64,000 nt of DNA from Candidatus Rokuibacteriota bacterium (GTDB lineage: Bacteria > Methylomirabilota > Methylomirabilia > Rokubacteriales > CSP1-6), in NCBI GenBank assembly GCA_003220265.1, contig QHRW01000112.1, forward strand, positions 8,814 through 72,813, read 5' to 3'. The notes beneath the pieces are model-generated. The model ran no database searches. It saw only the letters and a list, made by a program, of their open reading frames with translations, and was not told the DNA's origin. The first letter of the stretch is position 1, and the number at the start of each line of letters is the position of its first letter. The position numbers and the translations under genes were made by a program. Below, in pieces: positions 18,355 to 27,229 of this stretch.

Positions 18355-18899
18355 GACGGGCTGATCGTATGATGCAGCTCACGCTCGAAGGACGCGCGGA
18401 TTTCGCTGCGGGGTGGTGGCGCCGGCCACATGGGCAGCCGGTCCGCCAGGCGATGCGTCAGGACGCGCGACCGGAAGTATTGCTCGTGGTCCCACTCGAC
18501 CTCGGCCATGGTGAGCAGGCAGTCCGCGAACTCGGGGCGACCGGCGCGCACGGCGAGGCGCGCGGCCGTTTCGTATTCCACGATGTTCCGGCGCTCGAGC
18601 CGGCCGGCGCCGTACATCGGCGCGAGCCAGCCGCCCACGCCGCAGAACAGCGCGAGCGTTCGCCCCACGGCACTGGCCCGTCGCTCGCGTGCCGGGGACG
18701 GCTCCATCCCGATCCGTGCGAGCATGCCGCCGACGAGATCGCGGTGGTGCCACTCCTCCTCCTCGATCTGACGGATCCGCGCGCGCTCGTCCGGATCCCT
18801 GACCGACTGCCAGTGGCCGCGGTACGCCAAGGCCGCGGCGAGCTCGCCCGAGTAAGCGAGCCGGAGAATGGCTGCGAGTGCCTCGAGCGCGTTCCCCAT
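18351..18899 (-). CDS. Ferritin-like di-iron protein (Coq7-like)
   Basis: E-x6-Y, EEWHH, E-x6-Y, EWDH di-iron pattern; GAGGAGG RBS. Confidence 0.8.
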   Translation of the reverse strand: MGNALEALAAILRLAYSGELAAALAYRGHWQSVRDPDERARIRQIEEEEWHHRDLVGGMLARIGMEPSPARERRASAVGRTLALFCGVGGWLAPMYGAGRLERRNIVEYETAARLAVRAGRPEFADCLLTMAEVEWDHEQYFRSRVLTHRLADRLPMWPAPPPRSEIRASFERELHHTISPS

Positions 18900-18964
18900 G
18901 CGCCCCTCCTCCCGGGGAGGTAGGCTAGCATTTCCGCAGCGCCAAACTCCATGGAGGGATCACG

Positions 18965-19318
18965 ATGACGATCTCCAGCCGCTTCCTCTTCTCGGCCGCG
19001 ATGGACGTGACGCCGGATCGCGAGAAGCTCTTCCACGAGGTCTACGACACCGAGCACATCCCGCTGATCCTGCAGGTGCCGGGCGTCGTGTCGGCCACGC
19101 GCTTCGCCGTCCAGCCCTTCAGCATGGTCCTCGGCGGCGAGCGCAAGACGATGGACCCCCAGGGCGCCCCGCGCTTCCACGCGCTCTACGAGCTGGAGAG
19201 CCCGGACGTGCTGCTGAGCGAGGCGTTCGCCAAGGCAGTCGACCAGGGGCGCTGGCCCGGGCAGGTGCGCCCGCACACGAGCAACCGCCGCCATCTCATG
19301 CTGAAGCGGCTGCCATAG
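18965..19318 (+). CDS. EthD/DUF4286-like dimeric alpha-beta barrel protein
   Basis: YDTEHIPLILQVPGV-x2-A-x-RF, ALYELES. Confidence 0.78.
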   Translation: MTISSRFLFSAAMDVTPDREKLFHEVYDTEHIPLILQVPGVVSATRFAVQPFSMVLGGERKTMDPQGAPRFHALYELESPDVLLSEAFAKAVDQGRWPGQVRPHTSNRRHLMLKRLP

Positions 19319-19391
19319 CGACGGGGGCCAGGGCGCGTATAATCCGCGGTGCCCCGGACCCGGCAGTGGCCGGGGGCGAGAGGAGCCCGCC

Positions 19392-20186
19392 GTGCGAGCG
19401 AACAAGCTGAGGGAGATCTGGAAGAGGGGCGAGGCGGTCGTCAATGGCTGGCTGTCGATTCCCAGCGCGTTCTCGGCCGAGGTGATGTCGCATCAGGGCT
19501 TCGACTCGCTGACCATCGACATGCAGCACGGCGTCGTGGATTACCAGGTTGCGGTGACCATGCTGCAGGCGATCTCCACGACCGGTGTCGTGCCCCTGGC
19601 TCGCGTGCCGTGGAACGATCCGGCCCGGATCATGAAAATCCTGGACGCGGGCGCCTACGGGATCATCTGTCCGATGATCAACACCCGGAAGGAAGCCCAG
19701 GCGCTGGTGGCCGCCGCCCGCTACTATCCAGCCGGGTATCGCTCGTGGGGCCCGGTGCGCGCCTCCATCTATGCCGGCACCGACTACTCGCCGGCCAAGG
19801 CCAACGACGAGATCGTCGTCATGCCGATGATCGAGACGGCCGAGGCCGTCAAAAACATCGACGACATCCTGAGCGTCCCGGGCATCGACGCCGTCTACGT
19901 GGGGCCCGCCGATCTCTCGATCACGCTCGGCTGCACGCCGAAGCTCGACCAGACGGAGCAGCCGGTGGTGGAGGCGCAGCAGGTCATCGCGGCGGCGTGC
20001 AAGCGCCACAACGTGGCGGCCGGCATCCACTGCGGGGTCTCGTCCTACGCGCTCAAGATGATCGCGGGCGGCTACCAGTTCGTCACGCTGGCCAGCGAGT
20101 CGCGCATGATGGCCGCACGGGCGGCCGACGAAGTCGCCGCGGTCCGCAAGAGCGGAGTCTCGGCAGGGAAGCTGCCGGCTTATTAA
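19392..20186 (+). CDS. HpcH/HpaI aldolase family
   Basis: IDMQHG, ARVP, LDAGA, MIET, VGPADLS; TATAAT at 19338. Confidence 0.93.
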   Translation: MRANKLREIWKRGEAVVNGWLSIPSAFSAEVMSHQGFDSLTIDMQHGVVDYQVAVTMLQAISTTGVVPLARVPWNDPARIMKILDAGAYGIICPMINTRKEAQALVAAARYYPAGYRSWGPVRASIYAGTDYSPAKANDEIVVMPMIETAEAVKNIDDILSVPGIDAVYVGPADLSITLGCTPKLDQTEQPVVEAQQVIAAACKRHNVAAGIHCGVSSYALKMIAGGYQFVTLASESRMMAARAADEVAAVRKSGVSAGKLPAY

Positions 20187-20867
20187 GTGGGGGGCCCCAA
20201 CACCCCCCCGCCGCTCGGCAGCGCCCCGGCGGAGCCGGGGCGCGCCTCGACACGGTTCGACACGGCGCTGCGGGCGCGGACGCGCGCGCACCTGAACGGG
20301 TTCGCCCACCGGGCCCACGCGCCGGCGGAGCGGCGGCCGGCCGCGGTGGCGATCGTGCTGGTGCCGGACGAAGACGGGCGCGCGTGCTTCCTGCTCACGC
20401 GACGCGCGGCCACGCTGCGCGCGCACGCGCGGCAGTGGGCGCTGCCGGGCGGGCGGCTCGAGCCGGGCGAGAGTCCCGAGGCCGCCGCGCTGCGCGAGCT
20501 GCGCGAGGAACTGGGCGTGGTCCTGGACGGCGACACGGTCCTGGGCCGGCTCGACGATTATCCGACGCGCTCGGGCTTCGTCATCACCCCGGTCGTCGTG
20601 TGGGGCGAGAGCGCGGCGGAGCCGACGCTCAACGCCGACGAGGTGGCGCGCGTCTACCGGGTGCCGCTCGACGATCTCGATCGGCCGGAAGTGCCGATCC
20701 TGGTCACGATCCCGGAGAGCGAGCGGCCCGTGATCCAGATGCCGCTGCTGGGCACGCTGATCCACGCGCCGACCGCCGCGGTGCTCTACCAGCTCCGCGA
20801 GGTCGTGATGCACGGCCGCGCGACGCGTGTGGATCACTTCGAGCAGCCGGTGTGGGCGTGGCGGTAG
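20187..20867 (+). CDS. Nudix CoA pyrophosphatase (NudL/PCD1-like)
   Basis: LLTRR...H-x2-QWALPGG and Nudix box GES-x5-LRELREELG; N-terminus made of repeat copy D; start uncertain. Confidence 0.88.
   Translation: MGGPNTPPPLGSAPAEPGRASTRFDTALRARTRAHLNGFAHRAHAPAERRPAAVAIVLVPDEDGRACFLLTRRAATLRAHARQWALPGGRLEPGESPEAAALRELREELGVVLDGDTVLGRLDDYPTRSGFVITPVVVWGESAAEPTLNADEVARVYRVPLDDLDRPEVPILVTIPESERPVIQMPLLGTLIHAPTAAVLYQLREVVMHGRATRVDHFEQPVWAWR
20188..20251. repeat. REP-like element copy D
   Basis: Contains the exact reverse complement of CGCCCCGGCTCCGCCGGGGCG; starts 1 nt after TAA. Confidence 0.7.
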
Positions 20868-20907
20868 TGCGAGCCGAAGCGCCGCCGCGGCGCTGAGGCG
20901 AGCCTGT

Positions 20908-21014
20908 AAACAAGATTGGGAAGCATTCACCGGTCACGCGGGCCGATGCCAGCAAACGAAGAATGGGAAGCATTCACCGGCCACGCTGACCGGTGCCTGA
21001 ACGCGAGAATGGGA
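20908..21014 (+). repeat. ~46-bp tandem repeat (about 2.3 copies) with hairpins
   Basis: TGGGAAGCATTCACCGG(T/C)CACGC twice; third partial AGAATGGGA. Confidence 0.75.
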
Positions 21015-21022
21015 GAACAGTG

Positions 21023-21811
21023 ATGGGAGCGCTCGAGGGCCAGGTCGCGATCGTGACGGGCGCGGGCACCGGCATCGGCGAGGTGACGGCGAGCATGCTC
21101 GCCGCCGAGGGCGCGCAGGTGGTGATCTGCGGCCGGCGTCAGGCCCCGCTCGACGGCGTGGTGAAGACGATCGAGAAGGGCGGCGGCAAATGCGCGGCGC
21201 GCGCGGTGGATCTGGAAGATCCCGACGCGGCGGCGGCGTTCGTCACGTGGACGCTGGAGCGCTTCGGCCGCGTGGACGTGCTGGTCAACAACGCCGGCCA
21301 CTCGAGCCACGCGCGCTCCATCCGCTGGGTGGGCCGCAAGGAGTGGGACAGCGTGATGGCCGTCAACGTCCACGCGGTCTACGTGCTGACGCAGGCCGTG
21401 CTCCCCGGCATGATCCAGCGCAAGCGCGGCACGATCGTGACGGTCGGCTCGCTGGCCGCTCTGAAGGCCGGGCTCATCGGCGGCGCCCCGTACGGCGCGG
21501 CCAAGGCGGCCGTGCGCAACCTCATGCAGCACATCCACAACACGCTGCGCAACGAGGGCATCCGCGCGACGATCATCATGCCGGCCGAGGTGGACACGCC
21601 CATCCTCGACAAGCGCCCGCTGCCGCCGGACGCCGCCGCCCGCGCGACGATGATGATGCCGGAGGACGTGGCGCGCGCCATCATGCTGTGCGTGACGCTG
21701 CCGCCACGCACGGTGGTCGAGGAGATGGTGATCAGTCCGACGATCCTGCGCGACCAGAGCAAGGACCTGGCGGTGGCCGCCAAGGCGGGCGCCCCGGAAG
21801 GAGCGGTATGA
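21023..21811 (+). CDS. SDR oxidoreductase
   Basis: TGAGTGIG, NNAG, YGAAK. Confidence 0.93.
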   Translation: MGALEGQVAIVTGAGTGIGEVTASMLAAEGAQVVICGRRQAPLDGVVKTIEKGGGKCAARAVDLEDPDAAAAFVTWTLERFGRVDVLVNNAGHSSHARSIRWVGRKEWDSVMAVNVHAVYVLTQAVLPGMIQRKRGTIVTVGSLAALKAGLIGGAPYGAAKAAVRNLMQHIHNTLRNEGIRATIIMPAEVDTPILDKRPLPPDAAARATMMMPEDVARAIMLCVTLPPRTVVEEMVISPTILRDQSKDLAVAAKAGAPEGAV

Positions 21812-22872
21812 GCATGGAGGCCTTCACGATCATCGACGGCGACAAGGCCGCGGCGGTCAACGCGCGCCGCGACGGCGATCACGTGTGGCTCGATCCGGCC
21901 GGCGTGAAGGACGCGCTCGGCTGGGAGATCCACGATGGGCTCCTCTGCAACGACAGCATGTGCATCCCGCTCGACAACGAGGCGAGCCTCGTGCGCGACG
22001 GTGCCATCGGCCTGGCCGGGCTGGCGGCGGCCATGGACCGCGCGCTCGCCGTCGATCTCGACGAGCGCGCGGCCTTCCTCGGCGGCTCGGCGCGCGAGCG
22101 CAGCCAGGCGCTCGCCGCGCAGCAGGCGCCGGACTTCGCGCTGCCGGATCTCGCGGGGCGCACGCACACCCTCGGCGAGCACCGCGGCAAGAAGGTCCTG
22201 CTCGTCGCCTGGGCCTCCTGGTGAGGCTGCCGTCTCGACCTGCCGGTCTGGCAGGAGCTGTACGAGGAGCTGAAGGGGCGCGGCTTCACCGTCATCACCG
22301 TCGCCCTCGACAAGAGCGCCGACGACGCGCGGCCGTGGATCGAGAAGGCCCAGCCCGCGCACCCCTCGCTCGTCGACACGCGGCACGTGCTGGCCGATCT
22401 CTACAACGTCGTCAACGTGCCGACCATCTTCTGGATCGACGAGCGCGGGCGCATCGTGCGCCCGAACGACGTGGCCTTCGGCACCGACACCTTCAAGCAC
22501 ATCACGGGGCTCGAGTCCGCGCGGCACCTGACGGCGCTGCGCGCGTGGGTGCGCGGTGAGACGCCCGCGCTCAGCGCGGAGGACGTGAAGCGCCACCAGC
22601 CGCTGCCGACGGCGGCCGATCAGCAGGCGCGGGCGGAGTTCGGGTTGGGCCAGTGGCTGTGGGCCCAGGGCCGCACGGCGGCCGCGGAGCGCCACTTCGT
22701 GCGCGGCGGTGAGCTGGCGCCGCACGACTTCACCATCCGGCGCGGCACCATGCCGATGCGCAACATCGATCCGATGGGCCCGCAGTTCCGCGAAATGCTG
22801 CAGGCCTGGGTCGGCGGCGGTCAGCCGTACTACCGCCCGCTGCCCGACACTGCCGCCAAACAGACGTCATAA
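21808..22872 (+). CDS. Selenoprotein, TlpA/ResA-like thioredoxin fold (WAxxUGC motif), 354 aa, Sec at codon 139
   Basis: The frame continues through TGA 22222-22224: APDFALPDL...KKVLLVAWASW-U-GCRLDLPVWQELY...NVPTIFWIDERG; SECIS-like hairpin downstream. Confidence 0.88.
22225..22258 (+). other. Bacterial SECIS-like stem-loop
   Basis: CCTGCC-GGTCT-GGCAGG at 22239-22255; loop G lies 21 nt after the UGA; GGUCU apex resembles the E. coli fdhF SECIS. Confidence 0.75.
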
Positions 22873-22887
22873 AGGAGGATCCGACCG

Positions 22888-23880
22888 ATGGGCATGCTCG
22901 ATGGCAAGACGGCGCTGGTGACCGGCGCCGGGCGTGGAATCGGGCGCGGCATCGCGCTGGCGCTGGCGGCGGCCGGCGCCAAGGTGGTGGTGAACGACCT
23001 CGGCGCCACGCTGGACGGCGAGGGCGGCGACCGCAGCCCGGCCGACGTGGTGGTGCGCGAGATCAAGGCGGCCGGCGGGACGGCGCAGGCCAACTACGGC
23101 AACGTCGCCGACTTCGCGCAGGGCACCGAGATGGTCGAGCAGGTGGCCAACGCGTGGGGGCGCGTGGACATCGTCGTCCACGTGGCGGGCATCCTGCGCG
23201 ACCGCATGGTGTTCAACATGAGCGAGGCCGAGTGGGACGCCGTCGTCGCCGTCCACCTCAAGGGCGCCTTCAACGTGACGCGCGCCGCGTCGACCCGCAT
23301 GCGCGAGCAGCGGACCGGCCGCATCATCGCCATGTCGTCGGTGTCGGCGCTCGGCGCGCCCGGCCAGCCGAACTACGCGGCGGCCAAGAACGGGATCATC
23401 GGCCTCACGTGGTCCACCGCCAACGCCATGGCCAAGTACGGCGTCACCGCCAACGCGATCATGCCCAGCGGCGCCACGCGGATGATCGACTCCACGCCGC
23501 GCGGCCGCGAGATGTTCGAGACCACGGGCAAGTGGCCCAGCGAGCAGGCGATCGGCACCGAGCGCGATCCCGACAACGTCGCGCCGCTCGTCGTCTACCT
23601 GGCCAGCGACGCGGCCGCCTCCGTCAACGGCCAGGTCTTCCACTCCTTCGGCTACGGCTACACGCTGCTCGCGCAGCCGCAGGCCATCCGCCGCCTCGAA
23701 GGCAATCGCCGGCTCACGCCCGAGGAGCTGGCGAGGCTGTGGGGCGACACGATGGGCAAGGATCCCAAGCCGGCGATCGGCACCGCCTTCGGCCGCACGC
23801 TCAACGAGCGGCCGGCGGGGGAGTGGAAGGACATCGAGGCCGGCATCCGCGCCTGGAAGTGGGGCTACGGCGAGCCGTGA
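22888..23880 (+). CDS. SDR oxidoreductase (MFE-2/hydroxyacyl-CoA dehydrogenase-like)
   Basis: TGAGRGIG, VVVNDLG, AGILRD, NYAAAK; AAAGGAGG RBS. Confidence 0.93.
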   Translation: MGMLDGKTALVTGAGRGIGRGIALALAAAGAKVVVNDLGATLDGEGGDRSPADVVVREIKAAGGTAQANYGNVADFAQGTEMVEQVANAWGRVDIVVHVAGILRDRMVFNMSEAEWDAVVAVHLKGAFNVTRAASTRMREQRTGRIIAMSSVSALGAPGQPNYAAAKNGIIGLTWSTANAMAKYGVTANAIMPSGATRMIDSTPRGREMFETTGKWPSEQAIGTERDPDNVAPLVVYLASDAAASVNGQVFHSFGYGYTLLAQPQAIRRLEGNRRLTPEELARLWGDTMGKDPKPAIGTAFGRTLNERPAGEWKDIEAGIRAWKWGYGEP

Positions 23881-24368
23881 AGGGTGTGCTCCTGGTCTGC
23901 CACGCCAACACCTGCCGGAGCGTGATGGCGCACGCGCTCCTCGAGCGCATGCTCGCGGAGCGCGGGCTCGACGGGCAGGTGGTCGTGCGCTCGGCCGGGG
24001 TCTCGCCCTACGCGCGCGACGGCATGTACGCCTCGCTGGACGCGCGCCTGGTCCTCAAGGAGCTCGGCATCGTGCTGGCCGAGGACACCATCACCTCCAC
24101 CGATCTCAAGAGCCACCGCGAGCTGCTGGCCGCGGCCGACGTGGTGGTGACGATGACCGCCGAGCAGAAGCGGCTGGTGGCCGCCCTCGCCGACGGCCAC
24201 ACGCGTCCGACGCTGACGCTGCGCGAGCTGGCCGGCGAGAGCGGCGACATCGGCGACCCGGTCGGCCAGGGCGAGGACACCTACCGGGCCTGCCGCGACG
24301 AGATCGCCCGGTGCCTCGACAAGGGCTTCACCGGCCTGCTCAATCGGATCTCCGCGAACACGCCGTAG
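23877..24368 (+). CDS. Low-molecular-weight protein phosphatase family
   Basis: VCHANTCRS (CX5R) P-loop, SAG, DIGDP. Confidence 0.9.
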   Translation: MKGVLLVCHANTCRSVMAHALLERMLAERGLDGQVVVRSAGVSPYARDGMYASLDARLVLKELGIVLAEDTITSTDLKSHRELLAAADVVVTMTAEQKRLVAALADGHTRPTLTLRELAGESGDIGDPVGQGEDTYRACRDEIARCLDKGFTGLLNRISANTP

Positions 24369-25228
24369 TGGTCCGACGGCCATAGCGGCTGGCCGTCGTC
24401 GCGCCGTCCGGGCGTGTTGAGGACGACCCGGCTCGACACCACGCTGGCCTCCACCTCGCGGCCCGGCAGCAGCAGGACGTAGTCGATGCGGCGCCGCACG
24501 GTGGGGTCGGGCGCCCGCACGTCCTGGCGCGCGGTGGCGCCCAGCGCGTCAGGATTGGCCTCGCGAAACAGATCGACGAAGCCGTGGCCGAGCAACTCGC
24601 GCAGCGCCGGCGCGCTCTCGCCGGTGTTGAGGTCCCCCAGCAGGAGGATGGGCAGCGGGCCCGGCTGCGCGCTCACCAGCTCGGCCACGCGCTCGGTCTG
24701 GCAGTCATCGCGCGACGTGTGGGTGGAGTACACGGTGAGCAGGCCGGCAGGCGTGGCCACGTCCGCCCGCAGGGCCACGCGCGGATCGAGGCGGCGCACG
24801 CAGTGCGGCAGCTCGTAGACCTGGCTGCTCACGATCGGAAAGCGGCTGAGGATGGCCGGGCCCTCCACGAAGCCGAGGGCCCCCATGACGAGGCGGCCGA
24901 GCAACCGCCACGGGAACACCCGCTCGGTGGCGCGCGCGTGCACGTGGACGAAGCCCAGCGCCTCGGCCAGCCGCGCCGCCACGTCGCCGCGCCAGCGGCT
25001 GACGGGCGATTCCTGCAGCGCGACGACGTCGGGCTCCAGGACCCGGAGCTGCGCGACCATGAGCTCCAGCCGGCGCTCGAGGTCGTCGTCGTCGCCGGTC
25101 AGCCCGGACCAGGGGCCGCCGTGGAGCAGGTTGAAGGTGACCACGCGCAGCGGGCGGTCGTCCGCCGCCGTGGCGGCGGGCGCCGTCACGAGGCAGGAGA
25201 CCAGCAGCAGACACGTGAGCCGGAGCAA
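24281..25228 (-). CDS. Secreted endonuclease/exonuclease/phosphatase (EEP) family
   Basis: TFN, LQE, STH, GDLN, RIDY, SDH motifs; signal peptide after TTG 25228. Confidence 0.88.
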   Translation of the reverse strand: MLRLTCLLLVSCLVTAPAATAADDRPLRVVTFNLLHGGPWSGLTGDDDDLERRLELMVAQLRVLEPDVVALQESPVSRWRGDVAARLAEALGFVHVHARATERVFPWRLLGRLVMGALGFVEGPAILSRFPIVSSQVYELPHCVRRLDPRVALRADVATPAGLLTVYSTHTSRDDCQTERVAELVSAQPGPLPILLLGDLNTGESAPALRELLGHGFVDLFREANPDALGATARQDVRAPDPTVRRRIDYVLLLPGREVEASVVSSRVVLNTPGRRDDGQPLWPSDHYGVFAEIRLSRPVKPLSRHRAISSRQAR

Positions 25229-25254
25229 GACACCGTCCGGCGCCGGGCCGAAGG

Positions 25255-25440
25255 CTACTTGACGGGGTAGCGGAACGGCGGCCAGCCGTCGCTCTTGAGC
25301 GGCGGCGGGCTGTAGGACGCTGTCCCCGGGGTCTTCGGCGCCGGCGCCGGCATCATCTTCGCGATGGGCCGTGCTGCGCTCGGCTTGGCGGTGGTCTTGG
25401 TCTTGGCTGCGGCTTTCGTCTTCGCTACGCGCTTTTTCAT
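25255..25440 (-). CDS. Small Lys/Ala/Pro-rich protein (61 aa)
   Basis: Histone-H1-like N-half and YSPPPLKSDGWPPFRYP C-half; TACCAT 8 nt before the ATG. Confidence 0.6.
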   Translation of the reverse strand: MKKRVAKTKAAAKTKTTAKPSAARPIAKMMPAPAPKTPGTASYSPPPLKSDGWPPFRYPVK

Positions 25441-25541
25441 GGCGGCGCATGGTACCGCAGCCTGCGCGGAGTGGTCAATCGGTCGCCCCGTTCCTTGACT
25501 CTCCTCCGGGCAGACGCCTACAGTGAGCGAGGGAGGACGTC

Positions 25542-26600
25542 ATGGGGTTTCTTGATTTCGTCAAGAAGCAGTTCATCGACATCATCCAGTGGACCGAGGA
25601 GGGCGACGAGGTCCTCGCCTGGCGCTTCCCGATGCGCGACATGGAGATCCAGCAGGGCGCGCAGCTCACCGTGCGCGACACGCAGGCGGCGCTGTTCGTG
25701 CACCAGGGCAAGACCGCCGATCTCTTCGGGCCCGGCCAGCACACGATCAAGACCCAGAACGTCCCGATCCTCACCGACCTCGCCAACTGGGACAAGATGT
25801 TCGAGTCGCCCTTCAAGAGCGACGTCTACTTCTTCTCGCTCCGCCTGCGCCTGAACCAGAAGTGGGGCACCTCCAATCCGATCACGATCCGCGACCGCGA
25901 GTTCGGCGCCGTGCGCCTGCGCGCGTTCGGCATCTACACCTTCCGCATCGCGGCGCCGCAGACCTTCTACCAGAAGGTCTCGGGCACCCGCGACACCTAC
26001 GCGCTGGGCGACCTCGAGGGCCAGCTGCGCAACACGATCGTGGCCGTGCTCACCGACCACTTTGCCGAGAGCCAGGTGCCGTTCCTCGACATGGCGGCCA
26101 ACCAGGTGGAGCTCGGCGCTGCCGTCGCCGACCGCCTGCGGCCGATGTTCGCCGACCTCGGCCTCGCGCTCGAAGGCTTCCAGGTCCAGAACGTCTCGCT
26201 CCCGGACGAGCTGCAGAAGCGGCTCGACGAGCGCATCGGCATGGGCGTCGTGGGCGACCTGGGGCGCTACACGCAGTTCCAGACGGCGCAGTCGATCCCG
26301 GTGGCCGCCGCCAACGAGGGCGGCGTCGCCGGCGCGGGCGCGGGCCTCGGCGCCGGCGTCGCGATGGGCCAGGCCATGACGCAGGCGATGGGCCAGGCCG
26401 CGCGCGCCGGCGACGCGTCGCCGGCCGCGGGCGCCGCCGCGGCGACGGGCGCGTGCCGCGCCTGCGCCAAGCCCGTGCCGGCCGGCTCACGCTTCTGTCC
26501 CGCGTGCGGCGCCGCCCAGGCCGCAACCTGCCCCCGCTGCAACGCGCGCCTGGACAAGCCCAGCAAGTTCTGCCCGGAGTGCGGAGCGCCGCAGGCCTGA
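25542..26600 (+). CDS. SPFH (band-7, YdjI-like) protein with C-terminal double zinc ribbon
   Basis: FIDIIQW, LTVR-x2-Q, SPFKSDVYF, KWGT, RD-x-EFG-x-VRLRAFG; four CxxC pairs. Confidence 0.92.
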   Translation: MGFLDFVKKQFIDIIQWTEEGDEVLAWRFPMRDMEIQQGAQLTVRDTQAALFVHQGKTADLFGPGQHTIKTQNVPILTDLANWDKMFESPFKSDVYFFSLRLRLNQKWGTSNPITIRDREFGAVRLRAFGIYTFRIAAPQTFYQKVSGTRDTYALGDLEGQLRNTIVAVLTDHFAESQVPFLDMAANQVELGAAVADRLRPMFADLGLALEGFQVQNVSLPDELQKRLDERIGMGVVGDLGRYTQFQTAQSIPVAAANEGGVAGAGAGLGAGVAMGQAMTQAMGQAARAGDASPAAGAAAATGACRACAKPVPAGSRFCPACGAAQAATCPRCNARLDKPSKFCPECGAPQA

Positions 26601-27229
26601 ACACCCACGCCTGCCCGTCCTGCGGGGCGCCCGTCACCTTCACCTCCGCGCAGTCGCTGCTCGCCGTCTGCGGTTATTGCCGCGCGTCGCTCATCCGCCG
26701 TGACCTCGACGTCTCCCAGATCGGCGTCATGGGCGCGCTCATCGAGGACGCCAGTCCGCTCCAGCTCCGCGCCGAGGGCGTGTGGCGCGCCACGCACTTC
26801 GCCGTGGCCGGGCGGCTGCAGGTGCGGTGGGAGCAGGGCGGCTGGAACGAGTGGTACTGCGTCTTCGACGACGGGCGCGCCGGCTGGCTCGGCGAGGCGG
26901 CCGGCGAGTACGCCGTGTCGTTCGAGACGACCGTGCCGGAGGCCCTGCCGCCGTGGAACACGCTGCGGCCCGGCGTGGCGGTCGTCCTGGCCGGGGTCGG
27001 CTACGAGGTGACCGACGCGCGCGAGGCCGAGATCGTGGGGGGCGAGGGCGAGCTGCCGTTTCGCGTCGTGTCGGGGACGACGACGCGCAGTGCCGACCTC
27101 CGCAACGCCACCGCCCGCTTCGCGACGCTCGACTACACCGAGGACACGCCGCGCGTCTACCTGGGCGAGGTCGTGGATTTTCCGGAGCTGAAGCTGCACG
27201 GCCTGCGCGAGTTCGAGGGCTGGCGCTGA
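26597..27229 (+). CDS. DUF4178-domain protein with N-terminal zinc ribbon (probable CTG start)
   Basis: CPSCG...CGYC, SPLQL, WNEWY, GWLGE, GEGELPF, LDY; no ATG/GTG/TTG ahead of the Zn ribbon. Confidence 0.82.
   Translation: MNTHACPSCGAPVTFTSAQSLLAVCGYCRASLIRRDLDVSQIGVMGALIEDASPLQLRAEGVWRATHFAVAGRLQVRWEQGGWNEWYCVFDDGRAGWLGEAAGEYAVSFETTVPEALPPWNTLRPGVAVVLAGVGYEVTDAREAEIVGGEGELPFRVVSGTTTRSADLRNATARFATLDYTEDTPRVYLGEVVDFPELKLHGLREFEGWR

Noticed and set aside
20908-21014. 46-bp repeat as a degenerate CRISPR
   Set aside because: Only about 2 units, and the inter-core segments are homologous to each other
21808-22872. Nonsense pseudogene or two separate genes
   Set aside because: The stop is UGA exactly at the catalytic Cys position, followed by a SECIS-like hairpin, with intact coding on both sides
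26598-27229. TGA stops in the SPFH operon as further Sec codons
   Set aside because: Downstream genes are in a different frame, and there is no redox motif or SECIS-like hairpin
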